This document shows positions 55,201 through 64,000 of a DNA stretch of 64,000 nt, piece by piece (positions within the stretch are counted from its first letter, which is position 1; the number at the start of each line of letters is the position of its first letter). The notes under the pieces were generated by a model. The model worked only from the letters and a program-made list of their open reading frames with translations. It was not told the origin of the DNA and did no database searches. The DNA comes from Oikopleura dioica (lineage: Eukaryota; Animalia; Chordata): positions 12,896,001 to 12,960,000 of the forward strand of contig OU015567.1 in assembly GCA_907165135.1 (NCBI GenBank), given 5' to 3'. The position numbers and the translations under genes are program-made.

Positions 55201-58200
55201 CGCTTGATTCGATAACTGTTGCTGATTCGGCGGTACGTTTGGATTGTGGTTCGGGTTCGGCATTTGCTGATTCGGGCCAGACTGCACCATCATGGTTCCA
55301 TCATTTGGATGGTTCCCGTTCGTCATCGCCATTCTCGGGTTCATCGGAGCCATCGGTCGCATATTCTGAGGCATGTTCATCCCAATCGGCTGGCCGTAAA
55401 CTTGCCCACCCGGTCGATGCATCATGCCTGGATTCATCTGCATTTGGTTCGGCATCATGTTCATGTTGCCCATGTTCATTTGTTGCATTCGCATTTGGTT
55501 CTGCATGCCCGGTGGCATTTGGTTCATCTGGTTCGACATGCCTCCTTGCTGATTCTGTACCATCGTCGGCTTCGCCACGCTCTGGAGCATCGTGTTCACA
55601 TGTTGCTGTGTGTTATTCGGTCTCATCTGATTCGGCTGGTTCCCGAAGTTGCCCTGGAAACCCTGTGGGTTCTGCGGAGTCATCCTAGAAAACATCACTT
55701 TTTAAAACGCGCCCAAGAATGGGAGAGAGCTCTTACTGTCCCATCATATTCGGATTAAAGCTGTTCATGTTAGGCGTCGTCACCCTCATTGCCTGGCCAG
55801 AACTGGCGGGTGGCACGCCGGCCGGAGCTGGCGAGCGGATATTATAAGAACTCGGGCCAGGCGACGGGCTGAACAATTTGTTTCAGAATCATCGGCAGTC
55901 AAGTCAACAATCAAGTTTTTGATTTTTTGAAAAAAATATTTGATTAGTTTCAAGAAAAACATGCTTGATTTCAAAGTTAACAAGGATCATTTGGGAGCAA
56001 TTTCAAAATTATTTTTAGTGATAAAGAACGAGCCAATACGCTGGCAAAGAGTAATTTTTCTTTTGAATATTTCTATAATTAAAAATGTCTTCTTTTCTAG
56101 TGCTAACTCACATCATTGTCAAAGATGCTTTCTTTTCGAAACAATATTTATTTGCAAAATTATCTCCATCCACGCTCTCTTCTCCCAAATCAGCCAAATA
56201 CAGTCATGAGAAGTCAAAAAATATGTGTTTTTGAGCTGGTGCTCCTTCTTGCGCCGCCTCCGACGAGCAGTGCGACTTTGAGCGCCAACCTACGCGCGGG
56301 GCGCAGCTGGCGGCAATAGCAGAGCGCGGTGGAGCAGAATCGAAACAATTCAAAATTAACACTAGAATTAGCCATCAATCGGCCTAATCATCCTTCGATT
56401 CTCAAAACAAGTCTTTGCCGAAGAAATTTCATAAAGAAAATTTGTCCGGAATTTAGTTCAATAGGAAATTATTAGCCCCAAAAGACGGGGTATTTTTAAT
56501 TGCTGTCTGGAAAATATACATCAATAAAAACGACCTCTTACAGGTCCAAAACGAAAGAAAAGTTATACTCAGCTACTAAAATTGACCTCAAATGACTCCA
56601 TGTGGAAGAAAATCAAACATAAATATTTTTTCTCTTGTGGTTTGACATCTGTTGAATCATTTTTGTTTTGGTTTTTGAAAATGTTCCGAAGCCCGTCTAT
56701 TTCTACACATTTTCAAAAAACATTCTGTCTACAAGACCGAGGTCTTATCAAATTCTTCTCTAGACCAAATTTTATCTGTTCTTATTTTCTTATTCAAGTT
56801 CTTTAGTGTGCCCTTACAAGCCTCTCAAAAAGGTGAAAAGAGTTTTCTGATCAACAATTTTACAACTATTTTAGTACTGAAGATGGATCTATTAGATCCG
56901 AAAGCTTTACTATGAATAAACCAAAACAAAAATGATAAATATTTTTTCTTGAAATAAAAAAACTTCAATTGTGAAATTTTGAGAAACCAGAGAAAATAAT
57001 ACCTCGGCGTTATAACTCGGTTAGGCGAGGGAGTAGGCATTGGCATAGGCACATTGGTCTGCTGTGGCCGATACTGGTTGCTCCCGTTCATCATTTGATT
57101 CATCGAGTGATTTGGCATTGAGTTCGACATTGACGAGGTCGGCATCGAGTTGTTCTGATGCGAGGGAAACTAGATTGAGTTATTCTTTCAAGAACGGGGG
57201 AGGCGAATATCAAGAAAAGGGTAAGACAAAATTAGTGTGGCGACGAATAGGGATGGGTTAGGGATGATTTTTCTGGGGTTAGCTCCTGAAAAGCAGCTGC
57301 TTTTTGATTCGAAAGGAAAATTGAGGGGAATGGAAAATTTAGATCGAATTCAACTTTCTTCCTCAAGAAAGACTTTCTCGCGGAAAATTGCATGGAATCT
57401 CGAGTCGTTCCAAGTCAATGAAATAATGTAGAAAGATTCGATTGAAAATTTTATGGACTGAAATCTGATATCATAAAAGAGGACCTTCAGAAAAGTCTGA
57501 TGAAAAAGAAAGTTGAATTCTCAGTGAAATTATTCCACATCAACGAGTAATAAAAAGGGTGTAAAATATAAATCATGCTTTTTAATTTTTTTAAATTCAT
57601 ATTTTTCAAATCTAGAGTCACGACAAGAAAGCACAGAAGATTTATAAAAATGTAATGTTTTTTCGACTTACGCCATACGAGTTTGCATCAAGATTGTTGC
57701 TCCACTAGTGGATAAACAAATGATTAGAATTCGTTTTTTAGAAAATCTTGTGAAATAGGAAGGGGATGAAGAGTTGTTGCTTACCTGGTTCATCGAGGAA
57801 CCAATCGGGTTAACATTATTTTGATTCGTGCTCATTCCATTACTCTGTCCGCTGTTTTGGTTCGACGGATTCTGTGGATTCTGCCAGTTCGGATTCATAA
57901 TTATTTTAATTAAAAAATCTCTGCTAAAAAAACTTGAAAATAAAGCGTGGGAAAATTTTTCAGTGATCAATCGATTGTAGATTTTCTCCGCGTGCGCTCA
58001 TTGGCTCCCAAATTTGACAGAATAAAAAAATGTTGTCAAATGGGCTTTCAATTGAAGAAAATAAACTTTCGAATGTTTCGCAGTTTACTTTAGTCTTTAT
58101 CCTCTGATATGGAATAATTTTAAAATTGCGCAGGCTTAGCTCTGCAATCTGTGTAGAAAACCTGAGTCGGGCCTGAAAGTCGGAACCTGTCTCAGGGTTT

Positions 58201-58800
58201 CTGCATGGATTGCCTGGAAACCAAAATTTGATTCTGATTTTTTGTTCTGAAAAAATCTTCGTGAATCCTTGACAAAAGCTCGTCGACATTGTTGACTTGA
58301 TTCTGGTTGTCGTTGGAGCCGCTGAAGATGGAATCGAGCACGTTGTTCTGCTGATTCATCGGGTTCACTGCAATTTCGCTGCTTTCTGAGATTCGCGGCC
58401 GTTTAGAAGGCGGTCCAATTGCGGAGTCCGTGCTTCCGAGGGTTGAAAAATTTCATCAAACTATCAATTCTGATTTCAACTTCGAATTATATTTACAAAA
58501 TTTAAAATTATAAATTTCACTCAAAGAAGAAAATTCATCGAAAAAAAACTCTTTTTCAAAACTTTCTTTCCTAAAAGAATAAAAGCAAAATTTTTTTCGG
58601 CTCGAAAAAAAAATCTTGCAGAAAATTTCTTTCCCAAAATAAAGTTCCCAAATTTTTTTCAGAAATCGAAAATTGGCAAATTTTAAATTTCCTATCAAAA
58701 TTTATTTCTTTCGTTTCAAAAAATTTTTCATCTTTTTCGACACGAAAAAAAAGAAGATTCTACCCAATCCCCTGAAAGGTCCTCCTTGCTGGAAGGCCAT
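49245..58800 (-). CDS. CREBBP/EP300: CREB-binding protein / p300 histone acetyltransferase, full length
   Basis: N-terminal GPPSKRPR, TAZ1, KIX (REHLVKKLVSAIFP...YYHMLAEKIYKIQKELE), bromodomain, RING/PHD region, HAT (VYIGYLDSV, HIWSCPPSEGDDYIFHCHP, KRLCDWY, PYFDGDFWP), ZZ, TAZ2, and NCBD (ILNVLKQNPQHVAQIF). Stop at 49245. The start ATG (58800) and first junction are tentative. Confidence 0.97.
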
Positions 58801-59399
58801 TCCTTGCTCCGTGTCAATCTTGAAGATTTTTCATCTGAAAAAATGAGTCTCGAAATCTAGCTTCGTTTTTTCTACCGTGGATTCTATTTTTCATGCAAAA
58901 ATGGCGCTTTCTGTGAATTTCGGAACTGATGAAAGTGAAAAGAAAAATGGTGAAAGATGGGGATTCGCGTCTTTTTCCGCCCGCGTTGACTTTTTTCTCG
59001 AAATCGAATTCTATAGAATCTCCGTCTATTTGATGTTTTCTTTCCTTCTGCAATTTTCTATCCGTCCATCGGACATTTCTGCTCTCCCGCCCACGTATTT
59101 TTCAAATTGAAACAAAAAGACCCTTATCGTCGATTCTCCCCGACTTTCTTTCCCTCCCCTTCGATGATTTTCCCTTTTCGTGAGTGATTTTTTCATGCAA
59201 TGTTTAATATAATGAATCACCTGTATTTTAGCTCAATTGCTGTTCTTTCGTACGTTCTCTCTTTCGTTCAAAATTTTTGTCTCTAGAATTTTTTTTCGCT
59301 TCCAAAAAATTTTCGCTCCCAGCTGCGTCTTCTTCGGCACAGGAGTTTTTCTTTGAAGAAAAAATTTTTCGCCCTTTTCGGGGCGTTTTCTCTGAGCTG

Positions 59400-59760
59400 A
59401 GCGTTTCTGAGCTGAGCTCGGTGTGTGAGAGATGCTGGGTGAGATGCTGGAGAGAGAGAGTTGCGGCGTGTTGCGGCGCGTTGAATCTAAAATTCGCGTC
59501 GCTCTGTTTTCGCGGTGCACCCGATCCGGACGCGGCGCTCGGCCAATCAGCGGACGCGCGCGGCGCTAGTCGCCCACCCGCGGCGGCGCACACCAAGTTG
59601 ATTCGCCAGTTTCAGCGCCACATCCGAAAATGCCCACTCATCGAGCCCTAGTAGCGCGATGAGTCAACCCAACTCACAGCGCCGCCCCGAGCGTTATTGA
59701 CTGAATCGCACGAGAGCTCAACTCTCACTTTTCAGACTGATGGAGGGCGCTTTTTCCCCC
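59400..59760. promoter_or_regulatory. GC-rich probable bidirectional promoter of CBP and the TAZ1 mini-gene
   Basis: Locally GC/CpG-rich island between divergent genes. GGCCAATCAGCG at 59541-59552 is identical to the CCAAT box at 41357. Confidence 0.5.
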
Positions 59761-60556
59761 GATCTCGTTTGAAGCGCATTTTTCACTGAATTTCCTCTCG
59801 AAAACTTCTTCCCTTTCTAGTTTATCTAGGCCAAGCAACAAAGTTAAAAATGGAAAGATTTTGAGATAAAACATTTGTAAAATTCATGGAAAAAATGAAT
59901 TCGCTGAATATCCCCATGTTCACGGACCCTTGATCGGGAGTATCTCTTGGAGTCCAAGACTAGAACTCGTTGACAATTGCTTGAGAGCGTCGTTATAATT
60001 GTGAGCAAATGGCAGACCTAAAACTCCTTTAGGTTATCGAGATGGTGGTAATATTTTCGCAATTCACACATTATATCTGTCTTGAAAATATATTTCCAAA
60101 TAAAAATGAAATAATCAGGGACAACAAGCGTGATAACGCCCACTCTGTAAATTTTCTCATAAGTTCGAGGTTGAGAGAGTCGGATATCAGCAAGTTCCTG
60201 ACAGCAACTATTAGAACTACTTTTCCGTCGTGGAACTCGATAGATCACCGCCTGGGAACCGTTTGAATAATTGCGACGTCACACGGTTTGATAACTCACG
60301 AGCTGGAGCCTTTAGCTCCTCTTTCACTTCAGGACTCCTCCGTTAGTTTGTTCAAAACAACGAAGAGAAAGAAGACATACCAGAAAAACAAGCACCAAAA
60401 CTCGTTTTTACCAAAGCTTCTTTGAGGTACTAGTCGATTTTAATGATAAGAGAAAGCGCGTTTGATAGCAAGGAGGAGTCCAGATCCGATAATGAATAGA
60501 TTATTCAGAATTGTATTCAATTTTATAGATAAATTTGATAATTTTTATCGATAAGG

Positions 60557-61092
60557 ATGACGATCAACACTGGCGGCGCTGCTATGATCGACTATCTCTG
60601 TGAAATAACCGAGCCTGTTTATGAATACACCCGAAAACCCCTCCGAAAAGACAAGCGAAGACTTCCTGAACATATGCTCAAGAAGCGACTTTCCTGGGTG
60701 CGTGGCTCGATGATGACCTTGATCCATACGATGAAGTGCATCAACGGCTTCTATGGCAAGCGCGGGGCTAGTTGCAGAGTCAAACACTGCGACGATATCA
60801 AACGAGCGATCGAGCACATGCCCTTTTGCACGATGGATAGATGGTGCATCACACAGTATTGTATCGCCACGAAGACAATTGTTCATCATTGGAGGAAAGG
60901 TTCGATGGAATTAATTCAGAATTTCAGAATTTGTTCATTCAAGTAGAAAATTAATCCCTCTATTTGATTTAAATTTGTATTTATTTCAACAACGATCGAA
61001 CTCAAAAAAGAAACTGCAGAAAAATCAATTGTCCAGTTTGTAAACCCTTTCGCGACGGAAAATTCGACAAACTCAAAATTCGAAATCGCTAA
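60557..61092 (+). CDS. Small gene encoding an isolated TAZ1-type zinc finger (CBP-derived); further 5' exons possible from about 60330
   Basis: Exons 60557-60894 and 61011-61092, joined by an inferred GA-AG intron, give LIHTMKC...SCRVKHCDDIKRAIEHMPFCTMDRWCITQYCIATKTIVHHWR|NCRKINCPVCKPFR...*. All 12 zinc ligands align with CBP TAZ1. Confidence 0.8.
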
Positions 61093-61894
61093 TTCTTAGA
61101 ATAAGTCCTGCTCGAAAATAGAAATAAATATAATTTTAAAGGAAGCTGCCTTGACGACCTTCTCTACTTCATTCTTTGATAGGTCGGCGATCTAAGATCG
61201 TTCTTTTAGTCGGAGGTGAAAGTTCTGTGGCTAATTGAGTTTAAAGTCATCGTGAAGTAACGTGCCCAAACCCCTAGCTCGCCCACATTTTGCGAACATT
61301 TTTCCCTTGCTCGCTGAGTTAAATTTCATCAAATGGCGCTCCATCAACCTGCCGCAAAAGCGAGTTTTCATTTTAACTTGCTGGTACAACGATGTCGCAG
61401 TCGTTGATCCTTCGCCTCTCTCTAGCTGGAGTTCCTTCTAGTGTAGCGTGATTTGTTTCGATAACGTTGAGTTCAAATATTCGAACATTTTCAACCCTGT
61501 CCTTGACCATAATTTACTCTCCATGAAGCTCAAAAAATTGACAAAAACGAAAATTTCTGAAGAATTCACTCTGTCCCGTGTTTTATACATCTCCAAAGGG
61601 TCATACTCAGGGGCGACTAATATTTCCCTTCGTATGAATGAAAAGTTCAGAGATCACCTCTGGAATTTCTCCTCTCAGTTGAATTTTCTAATAGGATAAT
61701 GTTAGGAGTTTTCACGTAAGCTAGTAAAAAAAGGGAAATATATTCCACACCGACTAAACTTTAGTCACTAAAGTCGTAAATATTTATTTGACTCGTTTAA
61801 TTTTTTTTTGGTAAAATTCTTCTATCGATCATAAATCATGTCCCTTCCTGGCTGGCTGGCGAACAGAAGCAGCAAAAAAGGAAAAAATCAAGTG

Positions 61895-62292
61895 ATGAAA
61901 ATCTTCAAGTACTTCAATTTTCTCCTAGCGTTGATGTCTTTTCCCACCATTTTCTATCCAGCAAAATCGGACGAGGATATTAACAAGTTGATAGACCAGT
62001 GTTCAAAGTTTGAACTTCAAACGGTAAGCAGCTGTAAACGATGTAGAAAATCATGTTTGTAGGGGATTCCGAACAACAAAAATGGCGGTTGGTGAGCAAA
62101 ATTTTCAGCAACCCGACGATTCTATCGGAGCTCAAAGAAAAACCCGTCCGATCATGCACGGGTTTTGCTGACACCATAAATACGATTGCAGCAGTCGGCG
62201 TTGATTCTGCCCTAGAAAGCGGAGATATATTTTTTCAAACAATGACTTCGACTTTTGGCTTTTTGGGCAATTTTGATTATGGAAAAAAATAA
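61895..62292 (+). pseudogene. Frameshifted paralogue A of the secreted ...GNF(D/N)YGKK protein
   Basis: Exon 1 (61895-62023) and exon 2 (62063-62292) are out of phase. Removing 14 nt at 62002-62015 restores LIDQCSNG|DSEQQK, matching paralogue B (LIDICSNG|ESENK), and gives 114 aa. Confidence 0.6.
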
Positions 62293-62529
62293 ACGTAACA
62301 GTGTGTAAAATCTCAGTCTGCTTTACTGCTAACTAACGGGGTAGCCCATCAAAAGTACTGTAAATCGTCCAAAACTGTCGTCTGTCAACAAAGAGGCCCT
62401 TATGTTAATACGAGGTTCAAGTGACTTGGTAGCTATCGACACGTGTTTATTATAAATATTGTATTTTCTTTTAAAATTAAAATGTCAGTATATAAGCCAG
62501 ACAAAAAGTTATGTAAGCAGAATCGAACA

Positions 62530-62940
62530 ATGAAAATTGGCAAAATTTGTCTTTTATTCGCGTCAGTGATAGCTTCTGGCCCAAGTTCTTATTTGGCTTG
62601 CTCGACTGTTGAGACAATCGCGTTATTTACCTTGATAGACATTTGCTCCAACGGTAAGGAAATTCTAAAAATTCATCTCTCGAAATCGCTTTTAGGAGAG
62701 TCTGAGAATAAAAGGGAGCAGCTGATGAGGAAAATTTTCAATGAACCAAAAATTCAATCGGAGATCGAAGAAAAACCATTTCGGTCATGCATGGATTTTC
62801 TCAACGAAGTCAATCAGCTAATAGCAAATCCTACAACTGTTGCTGAAGCTGATCATACGCCGGAAGGGGAAGATCCTTTTTTGCAAACTTCTTATACTTC
62901 TTTCGGCTTTATGGGAAACTTTAATTATGGAAAAAAATAA
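62530..62940 (+). CDS. Secreted 122-aa protein with C-terminal Y-G-K-K (putative amidated peptide/hormone precursor), paralogue B
   Basis: Exons 62530-62653 and 62696-62940 (42-nt GT-AG intron). Signal-like MKIGKICLLFASVIASG, Cys in CSNG and RSC shared with paralogue A, C-terminus SFGFMGNFNYGKK*. Confidence 0.75.
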   Translation: MKIGKICLLFASVIASGPSSYLACSTVETIALFTLIDICSNGKEILKIHLSKSLLGESENKREQLMRKIFNEPKIQSEIEEKPFRSCMDFLNEVNQLIANPTTVAEADHTPEGEDPFLQTSYTSFGFMGNFNYGKK

Positions 62941-63044
62941 ATGTCATTCAAAGCATATTTTTTATTCACATGAAGAGACAAAGTAGAGGCTTTGTAGGTT
63001 TTCTGTGTTAATGAACTAGCATGAGCAGACAATAGCAAGTTAAT

Positions 63045-64000
63045 CTATAAATGGGACTGTTCTTCTTTAGCTGGCGCAATGTCCCGGAAAGCCGGATTTC
63101 CTAAGAGCAAAGAGATTACAAAGAGCAAGGGAAAGATTAAGACGCACCTGTTCCATGTTCTTCCTTTTCTTTTTGAGACATGAAATCGTCGGATGGCCTG
63201 AGAGATGAAAGGCCCTTCAGGAGAATGGACGCGACAAAGTAGACAACAATTATCACCGCTGGAGTCATCGACATCAGCATGGCTGGAAACATGATTAGGC
63301 GATTTTTAAAACAAATTGTTTACCAATTGTGTTGCTCCACTTAGGAAAAACTTGAATCGGGCTGTCTGGATCATCCCCAGTAACATCTCGGTAGGCGTTC
63401 GCGATGGTATCGTATCCAAGGAAAGCAGTAATGATTACGTAAAGCAACATGGCGGGGGTAATCAAGTACCACATTGGATAAAAATAACCCTTGGTAATGA
63501 CTGAAAGAGAGCCGACCATTTCTTCGAGGTTGGAAACAAATCGGAATTTGCCCGTGTAGAAGTTGTACAAGAAGTGTTGGACGACGATGAGGAAGAATGC
63601 TAGAATAAGAAGACCGTGGTAGGCAGAGTAGTCGTTGATGAGATTGAAGAACCAGTAGCCACCGTTAGTAAGGATAGGAATGCCGAGAAGGAAGCCAATC
63701 AAGCAGGTAGTAGAGAGAACAGCGACTCGTCGCCAACCATAGCGGCAACTTGGAAACTCGTCCAAAAGCCAGCGATGAGGACGTCGACCATGGCGAATTG
63801 TGAGTCGAGGCCGAGAGTGACCAGCATGATAAAGAACAACGCTGAATGGGTTAAAATAACCATCAGGGAAGAGAATTTTTACCTGAAAAAAATTGCGAAG
63901 CTGGAAGCAACGACATAGCTTCGGGATAAGCGATGAAAGCGAGACCAGGTCCGGATGCGACGACATCTTCGACTTTGATGCAGTTTTTGTAAGCCATGTG
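63045..64000 (-). CDS. SLC6A: SLC6 sodium:neurotransmitter/amino-acid symporter, 3' part, with an apparent 1-nt frameshift
   Basis: VVASGPGLAFIAYPEAMSLLP, LFFIMLVTLGLDSQF, DEFP, GGYWFFNLINDYSA are SLC6 signatures. Stop at 63045. The frame breaks in the A4 run at 63764-63767. Subfamily not assigned. Confidence 0.9.

Noticed and set aside
53858-55758. Several plus-strand ORFs of 65-180 aa
   Set aside because: Antisense shadows of the Q/N/P/M-rich CBP exon.
59228-59651. ORFs of 95-124 aa upstream of CBP
   Set aside because: They overlap the GC-rich promoter and 5' UTR, are open in several frames, and have low-complexity translations.

Overview
Gene-dense animal genomic DNA, not prokaryotic. 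Most introns are about 40-50 nt, some appear to use GA-AG splice sites, and genes sit in co-directional clusters with an AG acceptor just before the ATG. This points to a larvacean tunicate such as Oikopleura dioica (inference, not verified). I reconstructed about 23 spliced genes by hand, several of them absent or unrecognisable in the ORF track. In order: SLC18 transporter (partial), a stand-alone PLAT protein, a 1047-aa secreted GNPxLAY-repeat protein, an orphan membrane protein, GAS2-like, ZAK/MAP3K20, a C1q-collagen protein, a probable six-gene operon (NKAP, DNAL4, IFT56, MRPS23, BRSK, eIF4B) head-to-head with a K40-less alpha-tubulin, a 106-aa syndecan-like proteoglycan, full-length CBP/p300, two tandem secreted proteins ending in Y-G-K-K, and an SLC6 transporter (partial). 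Mobile DNA comprises a foldback element nested inside a MITE and a second degenerate ~850-bp palindrome. The top observation is that CBP is flanked by two small genes, each encoding one complete TAZ zinc finger without other CBP domains. The TAZ1-like gene is head-to-head with CBP, and the TAZ2-like gene lies downstream and shares an intron position with CBP TAZ2. All exon models are manual and unconfirmed by transcript data.
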